The notes beneath the pieces were generated by a model. That model searched no databases and was not told the origin of the DNA. It worked only from the letters and a program-made list of their open reading frames with translations. Source: Mytilus edulis (lineage: Eukaryota). From it: 64,000 bases of DNA. Location: contig NC_092348.1 in assembly GCF_963676685.1 (NCBI RefSeq), positions 7,688,001-7,752,000 of the forward strand. Reading direction: 5' to 3'. Position numbers and translations under genes: made by a program. Below are positions 34,700 through 48,200 of the stretch, in pieces; the stretch's first letter is position 1, and every line of letters starts with the position of its first letter.

Positions 34700-36630
34700 A
34701 TTATATACGAAATGTTTTATCGAAAGGTCCGAAATATCGTGAGCCTAAATCCATCAATTGGAAATACACCTCTAAAATTTTGATGGATTCAGTTGAGGAA
34801 TATGCCAGGCAATGGGCTAATCGCGAGAAGGAAGACGTAGACACTCTTTCCGAATGGATTAAGGCAGTGAGGTCGTTGATACAAATCAGAATTAAGAAAC
34901 TGAATTGGTCTTTCGATGCCCATGCTACGTCAATCTTTAAAGACCCAAATGTTGCAAAACACCTATCCTACCTCCATGACAAATATGTTGTTGTCCCCGC
35001 AGATAAAGCCCCAAACAACATCGTTTTTGTGTGTAAAACTCATTACATTAACTGCTTGATAAACGAATTAGGTATTGACAATTCACTTGGAAACTCAACA
35101 TATACCCTCACGACACTTACCAAAGAGGAAATCCTGGATAATCATAGGTCTGTTCTGTGTTCCTTTGGAATTCCAACCAAAGATGAAGAACTGGATCTGC
35201 CATCACTATATTGGATACCTAAACTACATAAGTGTCCTTACAAACAACGGTATATTGCTGGGTCTTCCAAGTGCTCCACGAAACCTCTTTCGAAATTATT
35301 AACATCTATTTTATCAGCAATCAAAGACGGGCTTCAAAGTTATTGTGAAACTGCCTATTCTAGAGGGGCGTGAATCAGATGTGGATACTTAAAAATTCCA
35401 AAGATCTTTTAGAGTACATACAATCTAACTCTCTTTCATCTTGTAACAGTATTAAAACATTTGACTTTTCTACTCTTTACACTAGTATTCCACATTGCAA
35501 ACTAAAAGACAAATTGAAAGAGTTGGTATTGCTTTGTTTCGTAAAAAAGAATGGCCAACGTAGATACAAGTATCTTGTCTTAGGGAGGGATAAATCCTAC
35601 TTTGTAAAGGATCACTCTGATTCGAACAAAAAATTCTCTGAAACTGATATTATCAAGATGCTTGATTTCTTGATTGACAACATATTTGTTACGTTCGGAG
35701 GACGTGTTATTCAACAGACTGTCGGCATTCCAATGGGAACAAACTGTGCCCCTCTACTTGCCGACTTGTTTCTTTATTATTATGAGGCTGACTTCATGCA
35801 GGAACTTCTTAGGAAGAAAGATAAGAAGTTAGCAATATCCTTTAACTCAACTTTTCGCTACATAGATGATGTTCTTTCACTAAATAATTCCAAATTTGGT
35901 GACTATGTGGAACGCATCTATCCAATCGAGCTAGAGATAAAGGATACTACAGATACAGTTAAGTCGGCCTCATATCTTGACTTACATCTAGAAATAGACA
36001 ATAAGGGTCGGTTGAAAACAAAACTTTACGACGAAAGAGATGATTTCAGCTTTCCAATTGTGAACTTTCCATTTCTAAGTAGCAACATTCCAGCAGCACC
36101 TGCATACGGGGTATATATCTCCCAATTGATACGATATTCCCGTGCTTGAATTTCCTATCATGATTTTCTTGATATAGGGTTGCTGCTCACAAGGAAGCTA
36201 TTAAACCAAGAGTTCCAAATGGTGAAGTTGAAATCATTCCTTCGTAAATTTTACGGACGCCATCACGAGTTGGTTGACCGTTATGGAATAACCGTTTCAC
36301 AAATGATATCGGGTATGTTCCTTACGTCGTAACTACAATCCCCTTCCCTTTCATGAATGTGACCTACCGAATTAGACTATTCACCGGATTTGTTATCACA
36401 TAAGCAACATGACTGGTGCCACATGTGGAGCAGGATCTGCTTACCCTTCCGGAGCACCTGAGATCACCCCTAGTTTTTTGGTGGGGTTCGTGTTGTTTAT
36501 TCTTTAGTTTTTTATGTTGTGTCGTGTGTGCTGTTGTTTGTTTGTCCTTTTCATTTTAAGCCATGGCGTTGTCAGTTTGTTTTAGATTCATGAGTTTGAC
36601 TGTCCCTTTGTTATCTTTCGTCCCTCTTTT
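34700..36630 (+). mobile_element. Penelope-like retroelement, 5'-truncated, with reverse transcriptase pseudogene (frameshift ~35368, in-frame TGA 36147-36149)
   Basis: PLE RT motifs present: PADKA, LYWIPKLHK, TFDFSTLYTSIPH, GIPMGTNCAPLLADLFL, FRYIDD, SYLDL, KLYDERDDF. The frame continues past the TGA to a TAA at 36330-36332. The 3' non-coding end to ~36630 is dispersed elsewhere in the window. Confidence 0.93.
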
Positions 36631-39351
36631 ATAGCAAAACTCACATCTTAAAGTAAGCCATGAACGCCGCCGGGATAAAAAATATTAAATATTTCAAAAA
36701 CTAAAGCCCTAACTTGCGATTCACATGAACAAAAAAGAAGTTATGACAATTATGGTAGACAAAAATCAAAGAAAACCACTAGGTTACAGGTTTCTGGCAA
36801 AAATGACAAGGCATGCATTAAGGTTGTTGTGCATCTCTATATAAGGTTGAAAGTGATAAAATGTATGTTTTGAATAGTCAAATTGACTTTTAAAATAAAT
36901 AAATGGGATCCAGTATGCACATTTATAAATGCTCCCAAAAAGGTGGGTAACATACAGGACCACAAAGCAGGATATAATACGTTTTCTCGGGGTCATAACG
37001 ACTAAAGAAAGCTCAAAATACAACAATACAAACATGAAAAACGGATGATATTATAAAGTACTACATGTCAAAGTCTATTAAAATTTATATCAAGTGTTCT
37101 CCATGTTCTCCAACAAGTGAATATCGATTACAAAAGATAAAAGGTAAAATCACAAAAATTCTGAACTCCGAGGAAAATTCTTAAAGGAAAATCCCTAATC
37201 AAATGGCAAAAACAAAAGCCCAAACACATCAAACGAATGGATAACAACTGTCATATTCCTGACTTGGTAAGGCATTTTCACGATAAATGATAAATACCAA
37301 AGTATTTAAACTCCTTAGTCAAAGACAAACTGACACCGCCATTGCATAATGACGAAAAACGACTAAAAGACGCACAACATAGTTTAGTGAATACAATACA
37401 AACAAGCATTCTCTCTGTTACGAAATGAAAATAAATCATTAGAATGTAATACATAAGGGGTGCGAGATCCTTTGTCTTATGCAAGCTCCATGTTTAATTT
37501 CAATCTTTTAGCCTTACGAATGGCTTGTTGGAAATCGTATATAACATTAGAAACAAAAAGAATTGAAAAGAGTATCCATGGTAAAAATGAAAAAAAATAA
37601 AAAACAAACAACAATAAATGAATAATGAAATACGACCTCGGCGTGGAGTGTCTTTCAGGCCTCTATTTGCATGAGATGTTATGTCACAGTTTGGATTGGA
37701 AGAAAGTTGCATGTTCTGTGATGAAGCCATTCAATGCAGTAGTTCAGATTGACATAAAATAGAAGACACCATGGTAGTCAAAACCTAATAGATTCAACGT
37801 CAAGGTACTGGACAAACAGTGGTTTTAATCTAGATTGTTTTATCCCTTAACATTTGTATTCCCAATCAGTAAACTAATAGCCGGAAGTGCATTCAAAAAT
37901 ATAAAACAAAAAACAATACAGGGGAAACAACCATTACAGTATTACGTATAACAGATACACAAAAAACAAAAAAAAAACAATTCTAGAACATGTTTATAAC
38001 AAAATGCTATCAAATGGAATAAGCATCACTGAAAGCAATCTCAAAATGCTAAGCCATTTTGGCAGTGCACAAATCATGTCTTCTTTTGACTCTTCATGGC
38101 GTTAAAACACTAAATCCCTGGGATGTGTAGTAAATGATTTTTGTCTCTGATGGATGATTTTTTAACATTAATTGTATTTTGTAAAAACTGTTTCCGCACT
38201 CCTTACAACAAAATTATTATATTTGAATTTGTCTGTGCACGTTATTTTACTTAACGCCATTTTGTCCCATGTTAAAGTTGTCTTTTTTACATTGTTCTAT
38301 ATCTTTTTTATTACAAGTCTAGGATAACAACTTACAATGTATTGGTTTGATTATATGTATCAGCATATTATGTGTATTTTAGTAAAGACACCACCTAATT
38401 AACAATTGAGGTGACCACCGCAGACTGCCATCGGTAATATAACCCGATATATAACATAAATGCACATATGAACAGATAGGGAACTTTTTCAATTAGATTT
38501 TTTTAAACACTGTTTGATTTCATATTTTAGGTTAAAGATATATGTAAATCATCGTTTTTACCTGTATATAAATGAGTTCATTCTTCCTTCACTTCCAATG
38601 TTGACATTCTTTTTCTTTTATAACTGAATACTCCTAATTCATGCGTAACCCATATGTAGCTTAGGGATTGAATTGAAGATCCCATAAAAATGGATTCAAT
38701 GAATTCGATTTTTTTACTTGCAAGTGAATAATTCATTAGCGTTGTTTCTTAGCTCTTTTTTTGGAAAGATTGAACCAAAACTGGCATCTTAAGTGAATTA
38801 TCATTTCCCTGTTATACTTTTGTTAATGATTGAACAAAATAAATCATATTTTGATTCTTTTCTTAATATCGTTGCTAATGTCATTTTAAGGTAAAAAAAA
38901 AAAACCAGAAGCAATGGTCGAAAAGTTGTATTGTTTAAACCTTTATCGATAAATGTTCATAGCAAAATGGGAAGATTTAAAAGTCAAAGTCATAAAATAC
39001 ATTGCGTAAAATTAACCGAACCAGGAATCACAGAGAAATACAACTTCTTATTACAAATGTTAATTCCTGTAGATGGAATCATCCTTGAAATACATAATTT
39101 CTATATTGTGGTGAGATTTAATGAAACACGGTCATTTTTGAAATAATTGAGAAATAGCCATTATTCAAATTATTATTAGAAGACTAAAGGAAGTATATAG
39201 GGTATATATATAGAAAGAATGTTAGATGAAGAATTTGGTAGTACTAATACTTGTACTTAATATTTATTGATAAGATAGGTCACGCTCGTTAGTTAATACA
39301 ATATTTACGAACTATTAAAATTCAGAAGTAAACAATAATTCACCAGGAAAA

Positions 39352-42300
39352 ATGTACAAATTGTGTATTTTCTTTTGTGGTAAGCTTAATTATGAAAATA
39401 TGTTGATGCTACTCACTACCTTTTTTTGTTGTTCCATCAAAACTTTTATGATTTTTTTTATTCTTTTCAAGCACAATGTTGTTGTTTTTTGTATGGTGTT
39501 TGCTTATTTTGATATAACTCGAGCTGTTTAATGAATGTTTTTTTAATATTGTTTAAAGGAAAAACTTGAAATTATAAAAGATGTTTCAACATTTTTAGAA
39601 GATTTTTGGTTGTGTAGCGTTTACAATTTATTACTATGTTATGCATGAAAATAGGAAATTTAATTGATTTAATAACACAAAGGCTTGTCAGTAAAACTAT
39701 CAAACCGTTTCTTCGAAGAACTTGATCATTCACATAACCCTTGTTTGAGGAATTAGGGAGCTACCATTTGATTTTTTGGGGGGCTAGGATGAAATTTGAA
39801 AAAAATAGGCAGGACAGGAGTTTTGAGTAAAAAAAAAAGGCAGGATGAGACACTTTGCAAAAAAAAAAAAGGCAGGATGACAATTTAGGTAAAAAAAGTC
39901 AGGATAAACTAATAAAAAAAAAGGCAGGACCGAATAGAGTGAAAAATAAAAAGGCAGGACAGAGATTACAACTAAAAAAAAATGCAGGACAAAATTTTTC
40001 ATCCTAGACCCCCCCCCCCCCCCCTAAAAATCAATTGGTAGCTCCCTTAGTCCTTTGCACTTTTTTCTACAACAATCATACAGATAAATAAGTTTATTTT
40101 TTTACGACTTTTTCACGTGACTTTGTAGTGTTGTTTGGAAAGACATCGGCTTTCTTCAATAGTGGTATGCCATGTGACGTCATCTTAAGCTTTAACTGTG
40201 ACAGGTTCAGTGTGGATACCGACGAGAGAATATGTGACACAAACGGATTCTTGTATCACAACTTGTGAGTAATCTGTATGACTTTAATTTGCATTTTATT
40301 AACAGCTATTTATAAAAGCCTCATAAACCCCAAATAGGTTAGATACATATAGTATGGTGGCAAAAAAAACCCATTATGTTATGAATAAAGGCAACCGTGG
40401 CATACCGGTGTTAAAAGTCTTAAATCGACAGAGATAAAACAAATGTGGGTCACAAACTAAAACCGATGGAAAGTCATCAACTATAAGAGGAAAAGGGAAT
40501 AAAGAGAACACTGAAGTGCAACAAAAACAAACACCAACCTATATAGAAACAAACTATTTGATACCAACTGTCTTATTCCTGACTTGGAACAGGACATACT
40601 AATTAATATTTTACTATCTAGCATATTTAGGTTGTGAAACACAAACCACACAATAGCAAAAGAATAACAATTCTATTATAAATGAACACATTGGGGAAAT
40701 ATTTTAAGACTACTGCCTTAAATTCTCATGACTTTTTTACATAAAAGAGCCAATATTGTTTTACATGTTCTATGATAGAAGTGAAAACAGTTTGGACATC
40801 ACCATAGAAACAGGGGTACCAGAGAGGAGTTTAACGACATTACAATATTGAAATTCAAACACCTTCACCCCTAGTTTTTTGGTGGGGTTCGTGTTGTTTA
40901 TTCTTTAGTTTTCTATGTTGTGTCGTGTGTGCTCTTGTTTGTTTGTCCTTTTCATTTTTAGCCATGGCGTTGTCAGTTTGTTTTAGATTTATGAGTTTGA
41001 CTGTCCCTTTGGTATCTTTCGTACCTCTTTTTCACAATGCACACCTTCTAAGATACATCAACCTGTTCATCATAGGTTATATCAAATATCACAAAGATAA
41101 ACTAAGTAATAGTAATATTTCTTATATTGTTTGAAAATCAACCCTTGATATTCATATTATATAACATCATGAGTAGATCCAAAGTTAGCTTTGTGAAAGT
41201 AAGTTTTTTAGAAGAATTGTCATCAAATCATAAATTTGATCACGCTATTTAAAATATTACTCTAATCCCAATGTGGATTGATCGATCGAATGTCCAGTGC
41301 CAACATATTTTCTGCATTGTCAGGATGACATAATAGATAGGTTTTGCAAAGATTATGCCACTTAAAAATGAGGGTGTATTAAAAAAGGACCGGATTTTTG
41401 TCTGCAACTTGTCATCTTTGGATCTATAAAAAGCAATGTTGCATGCAAAGGCTCCATGAATGAACTATTTCATAAGTCAGAAGCGCCTTTCTTGATTAAC
41501 GTTCACCAGGAACACTAAAAAAACCAAACATAAACGCACAGAGACCGCGGCTGCGTATCAATACGTCCTACGCTAGCAAATGGACAATGTTAAGCATGGG
41601 ATTTACTGATGGATGGGAGAAGTCAGGGGCCAGCCAAACTGTGTGTTCTTCCTAAAGTGTTCTGTATCATTTTAAGGTTAATACATTTTGATTAAGATTT
41701 TTATTTCGTCCTAGAAATACATACTGTTAAGTTTGAAGAATTTAATATATAAAAAACATCTGATATTAAGTAATTATCGTCAGTTCGGGTAAATGTTTTG
41801 TTTCTTTCTAATCGTTTGATTTTGACCTTGATTCTTATCTCTCAGTGTTGTATATAATTTTGAAAACATAAACATTTTTTCTCCACGGACGTAACCTTTA
41901 TTCTATTTATTGACCGAACAATAAAATACCTAAACGATATAGGACTTTATTAAACGCCTTCGTATATAAGAGAGGCGAAAGATACCAAAGAGACATCCAA
42001 ACTCGTCAAAAATAAACTTACAACACCATGCCTAAATAAGACAAACACAAAGCACAAAACACAACATAGAAATTAAAAACGGATCAACACGAACCTCATA
42101 AAAAAAACTAGGGGTGATCTTATGTCTTCCGGAACGGTAAGTAAATCCTGCTCCGTGTGTTATTTTTAAAGTTGTTTTAGAATTTGAATACGGTTATGTG
42201 TAATCAATTGATATATTTAGTCAAACTTATTTTTTTTAACTAGCTGCGCATTTGATCAAGCCGTTTGTAAAGACAGCACATTAGTGATAGACTCTTCATT

Positions 42301-44157
42301 CTCATGTTTACTGTCGCCAGCAACAGCAACGGTTAAACCACCGACAACCGCAACGGTTAAACCAACGACAACCGGAACGATTAAACCACTGATAACAGCA
42401 ACGGTTAAACCACTGACAACAGCAACGGTTAAGCCACCGACAACCGCAACGGTTAATCCCATGACAACAGCAACGATTAAACTACTGACAACAGCAACGA
42501 TTAAACCACCTACAACCGCAACGGTTAAACCAACGACAACAGCAACGGTTAAACCACCAACAACAGCAACGATTGAACTAACGACAACCGCAACCAAAAC
42601 GACGACGATGACAAGCGGCACAAAAATGTCTACAACAGCACAAATCTTAATGACAGGAACAACGGATAAACCAACCTTAACGACACAAAAGCCGCAATCA
42701 ACGACTCCACAGCCTAATTCAACGACATCAAATCCCCAACCAACGACTAAACAACCATCGACAGCCCGACCTACACGTAATCTGTTAGAACAAATGTTTT
42801 GTGACAATAAGAATACAATTGTATGTAAATATGATCCAAACAAAGTTTGTGGTACTGATGGCGTTACGTATGATAACAAGTAAGTACCGTTCATGTTGTT
42901 TTATATCATTCTATTGGAAGTTAAATACCTTTCATTGATAGTTAATACGAGAGACACATTTTACTCTTTCACATGGATCAGCAGGAAACATTCTTTTTAA
43001 ATGTCACTCTCGTGTTGAACTATCAAAAATCAATGATTTAAAAGACAACAAATTTAATTTCAACACATGCTTCCGGTTTCGTATTACATCAATTTATTTC
43101 ACTTGACTGGGCGGAGTTTGAATGTTTCGCTCATAATAAACCATTCCATCTATAGATAGGTGTTTTAGGATAAACTCATCAATGAAGTGTCCAGTCATTC
43201 TTTTGCAAATTCCTTTGATGGCACTGATAGGTGATTATAAATCAGTAATAATTATAACAGCAATCATCCTAATCACACACATCTTCAAATAGACTGTCCT
43301 TATGCAAATTAAAACGTAAGCTCCGCCCAAGCAGTTGAAATGACATTAGAAATAGACTGTCAACATAAATTAACCCATCTTGCTTTATTTGTTAGTTTTT
43401 GAATGGCTGTAACGTTATATAAATGCATTAATTATAGTTAATTAAAAATTTGAATACAAAAAGGACAGATAACTCAGTATAACATATTTGATAAATATAT
43501 ATGAGAATGTGACAGAGCAGATTGTTACCCAGGGGAAAAAACATTGTCAACATTGGCTTTGACTCGGTTGGCAATATTTTGTTTGGGTAAAATTTGCTCT
43601 ATCTGTAATTTAGAGAGTATAAGAACTTAAAACGTTTGTAAAAATATAACCATTTTCGTAATAATGAAATGGGAGACATTTAATTATAACTTAATTTGGT
43701 GTATTTACTGTCTTCTGATTGGTTAAAAGTATTACTTTTATTTTCAATGTTGTCAATTGTTATGGCGACACGCCCACTCTGACGTTGTGTATTCATACGT
43801 CATCATGTGTGTATATTGTTAATGTAAATATAAATAATATAAAAAGTTCTTTGAGTTTTATTTTTGATGGAAATTTATTTATAATGAAAGTCAATAATTT
43901 ATTTTGAATTTAATGAACCATAAAATCAATTTTTGACTCTTCACATTTTACATAATCCGCTTGGTGTAAATCTTTCTAGATTCGGTGTAAACAATCTATT
44001 GTTATTTGTGTCTACAGCTAGTAATTCTTAGAAATTATGTTCCAATTACACAATTAATATTACTTTTATATGCTACTTTTTCAGTTGTGAGTTTGCCAAA
44101 GTACAGTGTGATGACATCTACTTGCAAATAAAGAACGCTGGAGATTGCAGTTCATAG
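39352..44157 (+). CDS. Secreted Kazal / Thr-Pro-rich linker / Kazal protein, paralog 1 (290 aa)
   Basis: Exons 39352-39379 (MYKLCIFFC), 40129-40264, 42244-42879, 44085-44157; 873 nt in frame. Two 6-Cys Kazal-type domains (ICDTNGFLYHNFCAFDQAVC; VCGTDGVTYDNNCEFAKVQC...GDC). AATAAA at ~44179. Confidence 0.9.
39756..40046. mobile_element. PIF/Harbinger (Tourist-type) MITE in Kazal gene 1 intron 1
   Basis: TIR GGGAGCTACCATTTGATTTT / AAAATCAATTGGTAGCTCCC, TTA TSD at 39753-39755 and 40047-40049, and internal AAAGGCAGGAY repeats. Confidence 0.88.
42301..42590 (+). repeat. Coding 24-bp repeat (TATVKPxT octapeptide, ~12 copies)
   Basis: ACAGCAACGGTTAAACCACCGACA-type units inside the Kazal gene 1 linker exon. 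Confidence 0.9.
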
Positions 44158-45271
44158 ACTATTTTACGGGTTCACTCAAATAAATATACTGCTTTCAAAC
44201 TATGGTTATAATTTTGATATGAGAACTTTAAAAACGGTTTTAAAATTATAACTTACATAACCAAAAGGACATCTAGAGGTCATCCTATGATCTTTAAAAA
44301 CAGACAAATGATCTTAATTCGCCCTATTTGGTTGATTAACAGGCAAAGCCTTATTGTACACTATTTTCACTTTTGGAAGGTGTAAATAGCGACAACGTGT
44401 GTATAGTCAGGCAGTGCCATAATTTGTGAGCCATGAATACTTGGCTTTAAAAGGAATGTTTTAATGAAAAGTAGATTTTTTAGTGTTTTTCTTGCTCAGA
44501 AACTATTCAAGTTGATATGGAATCTTTGCCTTGCAATGGACAATAATTATTTTATATGTATGATATGGAATCTTCGCATGCACAGAAATATATAGTTCTT
44601 TTTTAAATAGTGTCTTACTGAATGGACGTCTTTATATCTTTAAAGACCAAACTGTAAACCTATAAATGTCATTTGTTGTTATCTTGTATATAGTTTGGTT
44701 TGTATCTCATTGTCTCTTATCCAATATCTCATCTTATTCATAATACAAAATCCCGTTGATTTAGGAACTAATAATGGTATCGAACACGTGGACGTATGTT
44801 TTAATAGACGAAGTTCGCACGCTGAGAAATGGGACTGCCCATTATAATCATTTTTTAGGTCAATTTCAGAATAAAATGAAACTTCAATCCTTATTTTTAC
44901 TTGTGTGCAGCTGCTCGGATACATAAAACACATAACTTCTTTTGATATTGAGTTTTTGTTCTATTTATAACTATTCCAAGTGAACTTCTTTTTAAAAGTA
45001 TTTGTTGGCTTTAGCAATCATTTGGAAGAGTAATAAATGAGGATCAGATTAAGCGTCTATCTGTTGTACTACACGACCTCAATATAATTGTCATGATATG
45101 ACGGAATAGTTCTATATGGATAAAAACATTCCTCGTAAATACACTACAACAATAACAAGATTGACTCAGGTCGAAGTCGTCATGATAAGAACATAGATAA
45201 GTCACGGATATAGCACATAAGGAACAGTAATAGGTGTGCAAAGGAGAAACAAAAAAGGAAACGTCACTAAA

Positions 45272-48200
45272 ATGAATGTTTTAATAAATCTGTGTGCTGG
45301 TAAGTATTGTATATTAAATCACTTTTCCAATTCCAGTGAATTGGTATTGCTTATTCCGTAAAAAGTAGTTCCACAATTTGCAAGTTCAAAGTTTATTTTT
45401 AACTGAGCAGTTTTTAAAAAATCGAGAAAGAGATGAGTACGCTAGTGAGAAAAAAAAAACACAACGACGAAATTACCAAAAAGACATCCAAGGGGCAACG
45501 TGTCAATTAGGTCTTAGGCGATCCCAGTGTCACGGAGCTGGTATAAGGCACTGGCTTTAAAGACTCATGTTCAGATATACATATTTAAGTTATGAAAACT
45601 TAAACTTTCTTAATGGTTTTTGTAGTAAATTAAAAGTGTTATTAGGTAAACTTGGTTTTCAGCATGTCTGGGAAAATCAAAATACTATGTCAAAGAAAAA
45701 ATTACTTTTTTCATTTCAAAAGAAATTAGAAGAGGAATTCATAAAATACTGGAAACATGCTCTTTTTGTGACTCTAATAATGGTAATAGTCATGGTAATA
45801 AACTAAGAACATATCGCAAAGTTAAAAACAATTTTGAATTAGAAAAATATCTTCTACTGGACCTTAACAAAAGTGTTATTTCTAAAATGGTAAAAATCAG
45901 AATTAGTGATAGTAAATTACTAATAGAAGTTGGTAGATATACAAGAACACCTTTAGAACAGAGAATTTGTCCAATTTGTAAGGATGGAATTGAAGATGAG
46001 TTCCATTTCCTCATTCAATGTAAAGCGTTAGAACTTAATAGAAATGTACTCTTTTGTAATTTAAGTTATATAGTTCCATCTTTTGTTAATACTAGAACAC
46101 ACCCGTGATATCACGGGTCCGTGACTGAATTAAAGAATATAACTATGCGCAAGCCTTATTTTAGTATTAGTATTGTCATCTGATAAAGTCATGCCGATTA
46201 TAAGATACACAGTTTTTCTCTGCTTTCAAGTCTTTCTGTTTGAACCCGTCGAACTGAAACAATAATATTAATTATTTGGAAAACAAAAGGTCCTGGAATG
46301 GAGTATTTTTTAATCGTCAGCATTGTCCTATATAAGTTATAAATAAAGTTGAATTCTTTGCTTCGCTGTTTTACGTCATGCCCACTAACAAATTGAAAAC
46401 TGTACCTATACGCCTTATTTTTAGTCCAGATTTTTAGTATTCGTATTGTTATCTTAGAAAGTCTTACTGATTAAAATACTACAATAGGTAACAATTTGAC
46501 AACTTAGTAGTGTCAACCCTGTGGGTATGACCCGTGTATATAGCATATTAATCCTGAATACAACGTTTGGTGGTGCGCCTGTCAGATGCGGAACGTACAG
46601 ATAAGGTAATAGGTAACAGGTGAATATACTATTGGTATCGGTAGCGGACTCGACCCGGAACTTCTTAATTATTGGCAATATTAATTACGTGGAAAACAAA
46701 AGGGCCTGGAGTGGTGTAATTTTTAATCTACACCTTTGTACTATATTAGTTATATATAAAGTTGAATTCTGTGATTCGTCGTTTTTACGTGATGACGGCT
46801 GACACATTGGACCTCGTAATTTTAGTATTATAGATGTGTGAACAAGATAAGTTTAGTGTCAGGTTGAAAAGTAATGATACGGACATTAGTACTGTAAGTG
46901 TAGCTGGAATAAGCGATATGTATGATTTGAACATTCATTTAAAGCAAACATAATGTTGTTAAGAGCTTTTATAGTATTAAAGCTGATTGTAATAGCTTGA
47001 ATTAATAATATTGTATGAATAACATCTCCACGCAATGTAAATATATAATACGTATCTCTTATCATGATCATTGAGAAAATATGTTTGGTTGTTTGTTTGT
47101 TTGTTTGTTTGTTTTTTGTAAATGTCGGCTGGTATCATTTCTGTATAGGAATTGTCACCAGTAAAATTATTTGATTTGATTTGGTTTATTTATTATAAAC
47201 ACTCAGGTCATAAATATACACTTCAATTAATTTACATTCTTGGATATAGACACATCCATTCACTCTATTGGTCGCGGTGAATTTAACCCCTTCTCAATTC
47301 AATTACTGTACTCGGAAAACACTTCACCATTTTCTATCAACCGTGTCTATATTACTAAATGAATGGAATTGAAATTGGTTGTCGCGTTTTCTTTTTTCAC
47401 ATAAAATCCACGAATATTGTTTTATACCACAAAGCGTAGTTTATTATATGTATATTTCAAGATTTTTTTGTTTGTTAAAATCGGGAAAAATGCCAGTTCG
47501 GATCGACCGCCCTTCACGACGTTCGGCTCTGAAATTTACGTGCCGTCATCAAACATTTTCGTCATTGCACGTCTGCTCAGCAAAATTAAATTTTATTTCG
47601 TATCAGATACGGTAAATATTGACCTTACACTGAAACACTTTGTGATACACATACGCTCTCTGCAATTTAACAACAGATGTTTAAGAGCTTTTCCTTCCGC
47701 GGAACTGCATCAATTCAACAGGAAAAGGGTGGTGACCTGTGGGGGGGGGGGGGGGGGATTACTTCAACTTCAGTTTTCGGCTGGAATGTGACCCACCCCA
47801 TTCATATATTTAACGCATAAAATGTTAAGCCCACTCATATATTGGGTTGTTCTGAGTACGGAAATACCAGAAATCAGGTGCAGATCCAGGATTTAATGTT
47901 AGGGGGTTTGGGGTGCAAAAATGTATATTTCGAGGGTATTTTCTAGTATATATAAAAACAAATTTGATGTATTTAAATAATCATTTATACCCCTTTTCAA
48001 TATAATAAGTAATACATGTTCTGTGGACAAATTCTACCAATATTGGTCAAGCCTACATATACGAAATTTGTTTTATGTATTACAGTTGTAAGCGTGATCT
48101 ACGGAGTATCAGCCACAGTAAGTTTTGAAGAGCTATGCCGGGAGATAATACTACTAGACTGTAGTCAGCTGACAGTCGACACAGATGAAACAGTGTGTGA

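Noticed and set aside
36352-36392. SECIS element downstream of the PLE ORF
   Set aside because: ATGA...AA...GA is present but the intervening helix pairs poorly. Not supportable by eye.
42256-42894. 212-aa hydrophobic minus-strand ORF (also 49716-50048, 49772-49993, 5367-5621)
   Set aside because: Antisense shadows of real plus-strand exons.
47740-47757. Poly-G run (and poly-C at ~40009-40024) as a G-quadruplex regulatory element
   Set aside because: Homopolymers inside repeat-derived sequence. Length is unreliable and there is no functional evidence.
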